Positions 55,771 through 64,000 of a DNA stretch of 64,000 nt are shown here, piece after piece. Each line of letters begins with the position of its first letter. Position 1 is the first letter of the stretch. Made by a program: the position numbers and the translations under genes. The stretch is from a virus. The notes beneath the pieces were generated by a model. That model ran no database searches, had not been told where the DNA came from, and saw nothing but the letters and a program-made list of their open reading frames with translations. The DNA lies in IMG/VR virus record IMGVR_UViG_3300005613_000004, one strand, 5' to 3'.

Positions 55771-55939
55771 TAGTGATATTCAATTTTTAGTGAGAGAATT
55801 AAATTCTCTTAAAGAAAGAATAGAAATTTTAGAAAAAACGAATGTTCTGCAACAAAATTTAATAGATGACATGATTAATGAATCAACTTCTAAAAAATGG
55901 TGTCATCCTGAATCGTCCATGAATCTACCAGATCTATGA
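55757..55939 (+). CDS. Hypothetical protein
   Basis: 60 aa ORF in an overlapping chain. Confidence 0.5.
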   Translation: MHLIDSDIQFLVRELNSLKERIEILEKTNVLQQNLIDDMINESTSKKWCHPESSMNLPDL

Positions 55940-56022
55940 CAGAATACATTCCATTAATACTTATTATTGGTTATTGTTTTTTTGGTATTTTTCTTTTTAT
56001 TTTATCATTAATGTCAGAATGA
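55936..56022 (+). CDS. Very small hydrophobic protein (28 aa)
   Basis: MTEYIPLILIIGYCFFGIFLFILSLMSE; ATGA overlaps on both sides. Confidence 0.45.
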   Translation: MTEYIPLILIIGYCFFGIFLFILSLMSE

Positions 56023-56180
56023 AATACTTGCAATTAACTATTAGGCATTTGATGGAGACACCAGCATTCTTAGGTTTGTTGGGATTTGTTTTGGTATTTG
56101 TTCCCATTCTTGGTATGTGGGCAGTCCACAAATACAACTGGCAGCACTGGGAACCGTTTGACAGGGGCCATAAAAAGTAG
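56019..56180 (+). CDS. Small single-TM protein
   Basis: ETPAFLGLLGFVLVFVPILGMWAVHKY. Confidence 0.55.
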   Translation: MKYLQLTIRHLMETPAFLGLLGFVLVFVPILGMWAVHKYNWQHWEPFDRGHKK

Positions 56181-56231
56181 TATACTTACTGCATAAGGAA
56201 TTTGATAAGTTCAAATCTTATATGCCCGACT

Positions 56232-56283
56232 TGCCAGTATTATAACTGGCACACTTGACTAAATAAGTTTTAAACCTTATAAT
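56232..56283 (+). promoter_or_regulatory. Palindromic box plus sigma70 promoter
   Basis: TGCCAGT-N6-ACTGGCA, 3 nt, TTGACT-17-TATAAT. Confidence 0.7.
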
Positions 56284-56306
56284 AATTGAGTAAACCAAAG
56301 ACAAAA

Positions 56307-56525
56307 ATGGCACTGACCGAAAAATTTAAAAGGAAAGACCTTGACATTCTTTCTACTGCTGCAAATGGTGAAATTTTTCTAGACGTAAAAAATCCTAAAC
56401 TTTTTAAGAAAGTTCGAAAGTATTATGAATCTAATGGAGTTGTTTTTTCTGGTGATCCTTTAGATGATTATGAAATGCTTATGGAGTATATCTTTCAAGA
56501 TCTTGAAACTGTTGAGGCTGTTTGA
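56307..56525 (+). CDS. Conserved hypothetical protein
   Basis: LDVKNPKLFKKVRKYYESNGVVFSGDPLDDY. Confidence 0.7.
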   Translation: MALTEKFKRKDLDILSTAANGEIFLDVKNPKLFKKVRKYYESNGVVFSGDPLDDYEMLMEYIFQDLETVEAV

Positions 56526-56779
56526 TGAAAATTGTGAAAAAACCTTCCGTTTTTTTGGAACGTTTCCCTTATCGTTATGTGCAGGTCGGTAATCTGGAAA
56601 TCAATGGTAAACCAGATTGTCGTATTCAAAAAGTAGATTCATACACAGGTCGTTATAAAGACATCTATCTTTGTGACAATGAAATGCAGTTGATGACTGC
56701 TATGGAAGATCATTCATATACTGTTTGGTTAGATCCTGATGGTGGTCCATGTTATGTTAAAGACTCGGTATGTCGTTAA
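56522..56779 (+). CDS. Conserved hypothetical protein
   Basis: FLERFPYRYVQVG...NGKPDCRIQK. Confidence 0.7.
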   Translation: MMKIVKKPSVFLERFPYRYVQVGNLEINGKPDCRIQKVDSYTGRYKDIYLCDNEMQLMTAMEDHSYTVWLDPDGGPCYVKDSVCR

Positions 56780-56782
56780 ACT

Positions 56783-56965
56783 AGCCCTGGTCGGTGAAGG
56801 TTCCCCTTCAATCCCGGAGTCATGGAGAGACTTTAAAAATCCTGGTGGAGTCATTAGACCCTCTTATGAGTTTCCAATCTCTCTCAAGGATTGGTGGTGC
56901 GGATGGAGGTAACTCCCGCCCTGTTTCTTGCTTCAGGTAAAAGAGCAAGTGGCGAGCCTAAGACC
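56783..56965 (+). ncRNA. Structured cis-RNA, manA/wcaG-motif-like
   Basis: Repeated hairpin/pseudoknot modules, each followed by TGGYG (56843, 56895, 56950); upstream of an NAD-dependent sugar epimerase. Confidence 0.55.
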
Positions 56966-56968
56966 TTA

Positions 56969-57005
56969 GAGGAGAGTTGTAAAAACTCTCCTTTTTTGTT
57001 ATAAT
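56969..57005 (+). terminator. Terminator hairpin overlapping a sigma70 promoter
   Basis: GGAGAGTT-GTAAA-AACTCTCC-T tract; TTGTAA (56977)-17-TATAAT (57000). Confidence 0.7.
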
Positions 57006-57029
57006 ACATATTATAGTTTATTCCTTATT

Positions 57030-58079
57030 ATGTCCGAATATAAAAAGACGGCACTTGTACTTGGAGCCGGTGGATTTATCGGAAGTCATATGGTCAAAAG
57101 ACTTCGTTCAGAAGGTTATTGGGTTCGTGGTGTAGATCTCAAACGTCCTGAGTTTTCAGATACTGAAGCAAATGAATTTATTCAAGGTGATCTTAGAGAT
57201 GTAAGTTTTGTTCGTCGTTGTATTCGTTTCACTGGATATCTTGGAAACTTTTATCAGCAGATTGTTGAAAAGTTTGCACAACCATTTGATGAGATTTATC
57301 AGTTCGCTGCTGATATGGGTGGTGCAGGTTTTGTTTTTACTGGAGAGAATGATGCAGATATTATGCATAATTCAGTAACTATTAATCTTAATGTTCTCGA
57401 TGAGCAACGTAAGTTCAATGAACTAAAAGAAGTTAATAAGACAAAAATCTTTTATTCTGGATCTGCTTGTATGTATCCAGAACATAATCAACTTGATCCA
57501 GATAACCCCGATTGCCGTGAAGATTCAGCATATCCAGCAAATCCCGACTCTGAGTATGGATGGGAGAAACTTTTCAGTGAAAGACTCTACTTTGCATACA
57601 ACAGGAATCATAGTATTCCTGTTCGGGTTGCTCGTTATCACAATATCTTTGGTCCTGAAGGAACCTGGGACGGTGGAAGAGAGAAGGCACCAGCTGCAAT
57701 CTGCCGCAAAGTTGCTTATCTCCCGGAGCAAGGTGGAGCAATCGAAGTGTGGGGAGATGGCTTACAAACTCGTTCCTTCTTGTTCGTTGATGAATGCATT
57801 GAAGCAACTCGACGACTGATGGATAGTGATTTCATGGGTCCTGTAAACATCGGATCTGAAGAGATGGTTACTATTAACGAACTGGTAGATACTGCTGCCC
57901 GTGTTGCAAACAAAGAAGTTCAGAAGATTCATATTGATGGACCTCTTGGAGTTCGTGGACGTAATTCCAATAATGATCTTATCCGCGAAAAACTTGGATG
58001 GGATTATGAACAAACTTTAGAAGAAGGTATTTGTATTACCTACAATTGGATTCAAAGTCAAATTAACCACAATAAATAA
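57030..58079 (+). CDS. NAD-dependent epimerase, GDP-mannose 3,5-epimerase-like
   Basis: GAGGFIG, AADMGG, SACMYP, YGWEK (YxxxK), GGREKAPAAICRK. Confidence 0.85.
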   Translation: MSEYKKTALVLGAGGFIGSHMVKRLRSEGYWVRGVDLKRPEFSDTEANEFIQGDLRDVSFVRRCIRFTGYLGNFYQQIVEKFAQPFDEIYQFAADMGGAGFVFTGENDADIMHNSVTINLNVLDEQRKFNELKEVNKTKIFYSGSACMYPEHNQLDPDNPDCREDSAYPANPDSEYGWEKLFSERLYFAYNRNHSIPVRVARYHNIFGPEGTWDGGREKAPAAICRKVAYLPEQGGAIEVWGDGLQTRSFLFVDECIEATRRLMDSDFMGPVNIGSEEMVTINELVDTAARVANKEVQKIHIDGPLGVRGRNSNNDLIREKLGWDYEQTLEEGICITYNWIQSQINHNK

Positions 58080-58094
58080 AAAATTAATTATTAA

Positions 58095-58685
58095 ATGGAT
58101 ATGAATGATACTAAGAATTTGCCAGATCATCTGGGCGGTCAATGCACAGGTAATGTTGATGTTGCCTTAATTCAATATTTGAAAGAAAAATATAATATTA
58201 AAACCTTAATAGATCTTGGGTGTGGAAATGGTGCTGCTGTAAAGCAATACGAATCACTCGGAATAAATTGTTGGGGTGTTGATGGTGATTGGACAAGACT
58301 ACCTAAAGAAGATAATTTTATCCTGCATGATTTTACATTAGGAAAAATTGAATTTGAACCAGAGGATATTACTTTTGACTGTGCATATTCTTTTGAATTT
58401 TTGGAGCACGTTGAAGAAAAATATCAAGAAAATTATATGGATTTGTTTTGCAAATCTACAAAACTTTGTGTTGTGACTGCCGCTGGACCAAATCAGGGAG
58501 GACATCATCATGTTAATTGTAGAACTCAAGAATATTGGTATAATGTATTTGATAAGTACGGATTTAAATATTTAAAGGAAGAAACTGAATTATCTAGGCA
58601 AAAATCTCTGAATAAAGGAAGTAAAGGGGAGCATCCACACCGACAATATTTTAAAGAAACAGGAATGGTTTTTTTGAGGAAATGA
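58095..58685 (+). CDS. Class I SAM-dependent methyltransferase
   Basis: IDLGCGNG, FEFLEHV, HHVNC. Confidence 0.8.
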   Translation: MDMNDTKNLPDHLGGQCTGNVDVALIQYLKEKYNIKTLIDLGCGNGAAVKQYESLGINCWGVDGDWTRLPKEDNFILHDFTLGKIEFEPEDITFDCAYSFEFLEHVEEKYQENYMDLFCKSTKLCVVTAAGPNQGGHHHVNCRTQEYWYNVFDKYGFKYLKEETELSRQKSLNKGSKGEHPHRQYFKETGMVFLRK

Positions 58686-58686
58686 T

Positions 58687-59583
58687 ATGAAAAAATCTAT
58701 AGTTACCGGAGGTGCGGGATTCATTGGATCCCACCTTGTTGATAAATTAATTTCTCTTGGTCATGAAGTAATCGTTATTGATAATGAAACTTCTGATGGG
58801 CATGATTCTTATTTTTGGAATAAAAACAGTCAAAACCACAAGTTAGATATTAGAAATTTTACTGATATTGCTCCACTTTTTCAAGGTGTAGACTATGTTT
58901 ATCATCTTGCGGCAAAGGCAAGCGTTCAAGCTTCTGTAGATAATCCTTTACCCACCATTTCTACTCAGGTAATTGGGACCGCTAATGTACTTGAAGCATC
59001 AAGACTATCTGGTGTGGAGAAAGTAATTTATTCCTCTACATCTGCTGTATATGGAAATATGAATCCTATTCCTAACGTGGAGACAATGCGTGAGGATCCT
59101 CTTAATGCATATGCTATTGGAAAACTTTCTGGAGAACAACTGGTTAAGTCTTATCATGGTTTGTATGGCATGAAAACAGTTGCTTTCAGATATACTAATG
59201 TTTATGGTGAGAGATCAAGGCATGTTGGGACATATGCTCCTGCAGTAAGCAAGTTTTTAAAGATGAAGGCAGAGGGAGAACCTCTTACAATCTTTGGTGA
59301 CGGTTTGCAAAGAAGAGACTTTATTCATGTCTCTGATGTAGTAAATGCAAATGCTGCTATCAGTTTTGAAGAATTGGATACTTGGGGTGAAGTATACAAC
59401 ATTGGATATGGAAAAAATTGGAGTATTCAGGAGATTGCGGACTCTATTAGTGAAGATCAGGTACATTTGTCGGGTAGGTCTGGTGAGATGCGTGAAACTC
59501 TAGCAGATATTAGAAAAGCAAAAGCAGAACTTACTTGGAAACCTAAAGTAGATATTTTAAAATGGATTGGAACTCAACTATGA
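58687..59583 (+). CDS. NAD-dependent sugar epimerase/dehydratase (GalE/WcaG-like)
   Basis: TGGAGFIGSH, YAIGK (YxxxK), FRYTNVYG, RDFIHV. Confidence 0.88.
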   Translation: MKKSIVTGGAGFIGSHLVDKLISLGHEVIVIDNETSDGHDSYFWNKNSQNHKLDIRNFTDIAPLFQGVDYVYHLAAKASVQASVDNPLPTISTQVIGTANVLEASRLSGVEKVIYSSTSAVYGNMNPIPNVETMREDPLNAYAIGKLSGEQLVKSYHGLYGMKTVAFRYTNVYGERSRHVGTYAPAVSKFLKMKAEGEPLTIFGDGLQRRDFIHVSDVVNANAAISFEELDTWGEVYNIGYGKNWSIQEIADSISEDQVHLSGRSGEMRETLADIRKAKAELTWKPKVDILKWIGTQL

Positions 59584-60329
59584 ATATAGGTGGATGGCAT
59601 TATTGCTATAAGCAAGATTTGGCAACGGAGAAAGCATTAGAATCTTTTAAACTTCACAATCCAGAAAGTCCATATTTCCTTGCTTCTGATGGTGGAAATG
59701 ATTTTTCTTATTTAACTCAAAAGTGGGATGGTGTTTTTTATAAACACTATCAAGATAACTTGGGATATGGTAAAGCAAAACGATGGGAAGATATTCCTAC
59801 AACACCAAAAAGAATTGAGGAAGAAGTTAAAGTTATTAGTGAGTGGATTGATCGAGTTTACGAGTGTATGCTTACCTTGAAAACTGATTATGTTATCAAA
59901 ATGGAGGACGATGTTCTAATACAGGGAAAAATAAAAATTCCATATAATGGTGATTTTGGTATGTGTGGATTAAAAACTGGAAACTTTTATCCACAAAATG
60001 TCTGTAAAAAATTTAAGGAGTTGACTGGAAATGAACTAACTCCTTTTTGGGGCGCTGCTGGTGGCGTAATCTATAATGCTAAATTATTCATAAGTAATGT
60101 AGACAAATTTAAGTATTTTGTTAAAAATCATTACCCTGAGATGAAAAAAATTCATATAACATCTTTTGCTTGTGATTCATTTGTTATGATGCTATATTCA
60201 AGTATAGGTGCAAACTATGAAATTAATCCTGACCTGACAGATTCTGGTGCATCATCTTATCACCCCATAGTGCATAATTTTAAAAAGTATTATTCTAAAC
60301 CAAAAGAAATTTATAGGTCATTTTCATGA
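59580..60329 (+). CDS. Putative glycosyltransferase (GT-A-like)
   Basis: ASDGG, MEDD (DxD-like), C-terminal His; cluster context. Confidence 0.55.
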   Translation: MNIGGWHYCYKQDLATEKALESFKLHNPESPYFLASDGGNDFSYLTQKWDGVFYKHYQDNLGYGKAKRWEDIPTTPKRIEEEVKVISEWIDRVYECMLTLKTDYVIKMEDDVLIQGKIKIPYNGDFGMCGLKTGNFYPQNVCKKFKELTGNELTPFWGAAGGVIYNAKLFISNVDKFKYFVKNHYPEMKKIHITSFACDSFVMMLYSSIGANYEINPDLTDSGASSYHPIVHNFKKYYSKPKEIYRSFS

Positions 60330-60991
60330 AAACTACAAATAGATTAATTAAAAAGAGTGATATTGTCTGGGCTAAAAAAATTAGAGATGAAAATCGATGG
60401 ATTGAAAAATATCCACATGCAACTAGTCTTGGAAATCACTGGAATAGAGAAGAGGCACTTTTAAAGTGGGTATTCGCTATATTTAATTTTGGTATTGGAA
60501 CTAGTGGAAAAAAAGTAATTGATTTGGGATTTCACAATGGGTGTGTTCCTCATGTTGTATCGGACTGGGGGAACGAAACAATTGCTTTAGATAAACTAAA
60601 ATCTGAATGGGGGCAGTCAAAATCTTCTGCTTCTATTGTAATAGATGATGCATTTACTTGGTTGCCTAAATTGGAAGATGAATCTGTGGATGTTTTTTTT
60701 GATTTGTGTGCGGTTCATCTTTTTGATGATTCTTCTAATAAAGAATGTGGAAATTTGGGATTATTAAAAATTTCAGAATTGGTATTTCAAAAATTAAAAT
60801 CTAAAGGTAAGTTTATTGTATCTTCAGATGTTGGTAATAGTGAAACAGGAGAGTTTATCACTCCAGAAATTTTTATTGAAATTGTAGAAAGAAGCGGATT
60901 GAAGTTAACTTCTGAATTTGATGGTATAATTGATAACGATACATTTTACAATGGTAATTACAAAGTGGTATCCTTAACTTTCGAAAAATAA
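60326..60991 (+). CDS. Class I SAM-dependent methyltransferase
   Basis: VIDLGFHNG, ALD, DAF, acidic motif DVFFD. Confidence 0.7.
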   Translation: MKTTNRLIKKSDIVWAKKIRDENRWIEKYPHATSLGNHWNREEALLKWVFAIFNFGIGTSGKKVIDLGFHNGCVPHVVSDWGNETIALDKLKSEWGQSKSSASIVIDDAFTWLPKLEDESVDVFFDLCAVHLFDDSSNKECGNLGLLKISELVFQKLKSKGKFIVSSDVGNSETGEFITPEIFIEIVERSGLKLTSEFDGIIDNDTFYNGNYKVVSLTFEK

Positions 60992-60994
60992 ATT

Positions 60995-62356
60995 ATGAAT
61001 AAATTGGTAATATTTGATCTTGACGGAGTTCTTATCGACAGTAAAGATTATCATTATGATGCCCTGAATCAAGCACTTGGTTCTGAATATGCAATCAGTC
61101 GGGAAGAACATGTTAGTATCTATGATGGTCTTCCTACTAAAGCAAAACTAGAACTTCTTACGAAGAATAAAGGTCTTCCCGTAGATCGGTACGATAAGAT
61201 CTGGAGAGACAAGCAAGAAGCAACCCTCAAGATCTTCAATGAGTGTGTTGCTAAAGACTATGAACTGATGGGATACTTCCAGCAGTTGGTAGATTGTGGA
61301 TATAAGATCGCTGTCGCCTCAAACAGTATTCGTAATACTGTTAAGATCATTCTTCTTCGTCTGGGACTTCTTGAGTTTATAGACATGTATGTCTCTAATG
61401 AAGACGTTGTTCGTAACAAACCATTCCCAGCAATGTATTGGAAGTGCATGACTGCACTGGGTGCTCTTCCTAATGATACTGTCATCATTGAAGACAGTCA
61501 TATTGGTCGTCAGGGTGCTCTGGATAGTAAATGTCATCTTGTTCCTGTAGAAGATCGTAGAGATCTCAATCAGAGTAAGATTGATAGAATCAAAAAAATT
61601 CTAAATGGTACTAAGAAAAAAGTGGCGTGGGAGAGCAAGACTATGAACGTACTTATTCCTATGGCAGGTCGCGGTAGTCGATTTGCATCTCAGGGATATA
61701 CCTTCCCCAAACCTTTAATTGAAGTCAAAGGAAAACCTATGATTCAAGTTGTGGTTGAAAACTTGAATATCAAAGCAAATTATACTTTTATTGTGCAAAA
61801 AGAACATTATGAAAAGTATAGTTTGAATTATCTTCTTCCTTTAATTGCACCTGGATGTAATATTGTTCAGGTAGATGGTATTACTGAGGGTGCATGTTGC
61901 ACTACTCTCCTTGCAAAACAATTTATTGATAATGATGAACCGCTAGTAATGGCAAACTCTGATCAGTTTGTTGAGTGGGACTCTAATGAGACCCTTTATG
62001 CATTCCAGAATGGTGATGCTGATGGTGGTATTGTTACCTTCCCTGCAACTCATCCCAAGTGGTCTTATGCCAAACTTGGAGAGGATGGATACGTTGCTGA
62101 GGTTGCTGAGAAGAAACCCATCTCTGAACATGCTACTGTTGGTATTTACTACTGGAAGAAGGGATCTGACTATGTGAAGTATGCTGAGCAGATGATTGAG
62201 AAAGATATTCGTGTCAATAACGAATACTATGTCTGTCCTGTATTCAATGAAGCCATTGCGGACGACAAGAAAATTAGAATCAAAGAAATTGATAAAATGT
62301 GGGGTATCGGAACTCCCGAAGATCTGAATTATTTTTTGGAGCATTATAAAGAATGA
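60995..62356 (+). CDS. Fused HAD phosphatase and NTP-sugar nucleotidyltransferase
   Basis: FDLDGVL, NKP, IEDS (HAD); PMAGRGSRF, PKPLI, ANSDQ, WGIGTPEDL (NTase). Confidence 0.88.
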   Translation: MNKLVIFDLDGVLIDSKDYHYDALNQALGSEYAISREEHVSIYDGLPTKAKLELLTKNKGLPVDRYDKIWRDKQEATLKIFNECVAKDYELMGYFQQLVDCGYKIAVASNSIRNTVKIILLRLGLLEFIDMYVSNEDVVRNKPFPAMYWKCMTALGALPNDTVIIEDSHIGRQGALDSKCHLVPVEDRRDLNQSKIDRIKKILNGTKKKVAWESKTMNVLIPMAGRGSRFASQGYTFPKPLIEVKGKPMIQVVVENLNIKANYTFIVQKEHYEKYSLNYLLPLIAPGCNIVQVDGITEGACCTTLLAKQFIDNDEPLVMANSDQFVEWDSNETLYAFQNGDADGGIVTFPATHPKWSYAKLGEDGYVAEVAEKKPISEHATVGIYYWKKGSDYVKYAEQMIEKDIRVNNEYYVCPVFNEAIADDKKIRIKEIDKMWGIGTPEDLNYFLEHYKE

Positions 62357-62814
62357 AATTGATTGCCCATCGGGCCAATTTAAATGGTCCAAATCCATTA
62401 ACAGAAAACAGTCTAGAACAAATTGAATATTGCATAGAGCGGGGATATGATGTTGAGATTGATGTTAGACTTAATGTATCAACTGGAGAAATCTGGTTAG
62501 GTCACGATGAACCTCAGTATAATGTTAGTTGGACATTTTTAGAAAAACATTTAAGAAACCTCTGGATTCATTGTAAAGATATTGAAACTCTGCAGGAGTT
62601 TTCTACTTACAAGGACAGATATAATTACTTTTGGCATCAAGAAGATGATTATACCTTGACGAGTCAAAATTACATTTGGACATATCCTGGCAAATCTTTT
62701 ACAAAAAATGCTGTGATTGTAATGCCAGAGTTGGATATTACTATTGATATTAGTAATTTAAAGCATTCAAGTTGTTTTGGTATTTGTAGCGATTATGTGG
62801 GAGAATTAAAATGA
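62353..62814 (+). CDS. Truncated GDPD/PLC-like phosphodiesterase domain protein
   Basis: IAHRAN, ENS, DVEIDV, GHD, GICSDY. Confidence 0.75.
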   Translation: MKLIAHRANLNGPNPLTENSLEQIEYCIERGYDVEIDVRLNVSTGEIWLGHDEPQYNVSWTFLEKHLRNLWIHCKDIETLQEFSTYKDRYNYFWHQEDDYTLTSQNYIWTYPGKSFTKNAVIVMPELDITIDISNLKHSSCFGICSDYVGELK

Positions 62815-63560
62815 AAATAGCAGCCTGTTTTTCTGGACAACCTCGTTTTGTAAACGAATGTTCTGCATCTATTTTAAAAAACGTTTTTCAAAAATATAAT
62901 GTAGATGTATTCGCTCACTTATGGTTTGATGAAGATCTCAAAACAAAACCATACAAATATGGGGGAGATGGTGGATGGGAACACCAGAGAATTTCAGAAA
63001 ATGCAATTGATGATTTCAAAAGAACCTACAATCCTGTTGATATTGTAGTAGAAGAAAGTTGTAATTTTTATGATCCATACATGGAAGATGATTTTGAAGT
63101 GTCTCAAAATAGATATTGGAAGGGATCATTAAATCAACCCAATTATATGGAAAGACAAATTAAAAATACTTTGTCTAATTTTTGTAGTATGAGTGAAGTT
63201 AATAGGTTAAAATTAAAACATGAATATAAAAATAAATTTAAATATGATTGGGTATTTAAGATCAGAACAGATGTAATTGTTCACTCCCTAATAAATTTGT
63301 CTAACTATGATAGTAGTTCATTTAACTGCACATCTTTGATGCAACAACCCCCTCATGTAAATGACTGGGTTTGTTTTGGTGGGTCTGATGTAATGGATGT
63401 ATTCATGGGAGTCTTTCCCATGTTCCAGAGAGTTTTTGATCTAACAAAGTATAATAGGGAAAATTGTTGGGACAATGAAACTCTTCATGTTCAACTGTTG
63501 GATCAGATGCAAGTTAATATTGAAAGACATCCAATTCCTTTATCAATTCCTAGATTTTAA
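62811..63560 (+). CDS. Hypothetical protein, probable glycosyltransferase-related
   Basis: CFSGQPR, KIRTDV, NDW; cluster context. Confidence 0.6.
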   Translation: MKIAACFSGQPRFVNECSASILKNVFQKYNVDVFAHLWFDEDLKTKPYKYGGDGGWEHQRISENAIDDFKRTYNPVDIVVEESCNFYDPYMEDDFEVSQNRYWKGSLNQPNYMERQIKNTLSNFCSMSEVNRLKLKHEYKNKFKYDWVFKIRTDVIVHSLINLSNYDSSSFNCTSLMQQPPHVNDWVCFGGSDVMDVFMGVFPMFQRVFDLTKYNRENCWDNETLHVQLLDQMQVNIERHPIPLSIPRF

Positions 63561-63605
63561 TTAAATTGTGATATAATATATACTATCGAACAAATAATTG
63601 AAAAA

Positions 63606-64000
63606 ATGAAATCTCTTTTTGAAATTTATACAGATAAAAAGTATCTTGATGGACTTCCTGAAGGACTTGCTAGAATTAACTCTGATAAAAATACTCATCA
63701 TTCATATATAAAAGATGTATATGAAGATTATTTTGCTGAGTATAGGAACAAAGAAATTAACTTATTGGAAATTGGAGTTTCTACGGGAGTATCTTTAAGA
63801 CTTTGGAGAGAATATTTTTCTAAAGCAAAAATTTATGGAATAGATCCATTTCAAAATTCTGAGCATAAAGAAATAGCGACTAAACTAATTACAAATCCTC
63901 TTAAAGATGTAACATTAATCGTGGAAGATGCTTACTGTCAAGAATCTGCTGATAGTGTTCCGGGTATGGATTTGATTGTTGAGGATGGCCCTCACACTTA
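63606..64000 (+). CDS. Class I SAM-dependent methyltransferase, 3' truncated
   Basis: Open to window end; LLEIGVSTG, YGIDP, IVEDGPH. Confidence 0.75.
   Translation, partial: MKSLFEIYTDKKYLDGLPEGLARINSDKNTHHSYIKDVYEDYFAEYRNKEINLLEIGVSTGVSLRLWREYFSKAKIYGIDPFQNSEHKEIATKLITNPLKDVTLIVEDAYCQESADSVPGMDLIVEDGPHT

Noticed and set aside
1-64000. CRISPR array, retron, DGR, integrase, photosynthesis genes
   Set aside because: No repeat-spacer periodicity and no RT, recombinase or psbA/hli motifs seen in this window

Overview
This 64 kb window is a segment of a T4-like cyanomyovirus genome (Kyanoviridae-type, AT-rich, almost all genes on the + strand). Gene order: tail/head module (g18 truncated at the window edge, g19, g20, g21, g22, g23, g3); recombination and transcription (uvsY, uvsW, g55, g47, g46); a GIY-YIG/NUMOD3 homing endonuclease; a vWA-peptidase plus CobS-like AAA+ pair; the replication module (g45, speD, g44, LpxH-like phosphoesterase, dam, 2OG-Fe(II) oxygenase, g62, regA, hsp20, g43, uvsX, g41, mazG); probable head-internal proteins; primase and nrdAB; an island of secreted/membrane proteins with tRNAs and two beta-barrel-like proteins; then a structured RNA leader (manA/wcaG-like) ahead of a sugar-nucleotide/methyltransferase cluster running off the window end. 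Six tRNAs are present (Ala, Arg, Asn, Thr, Gly, Ser). No CRISPR array, intron or recoding was seen. Best leads: a ROSE-like thermometer upstream of hsp20; T4-type capsid-targeting and protease-cleavable polyprotein signatures, including a possibly injected nucleotidyltransferase; an orphan antisense sigma70 promoter beside uvsW/g55 (candidate R-loop origin); late-promoter-gated translational hairpins on nuclease/helicase genes; a triple TGGYG-module RNA; and a three-gene secreted cassette with a slippery-site overlap. All calls come from reading motifs by eye; no database searches were run.
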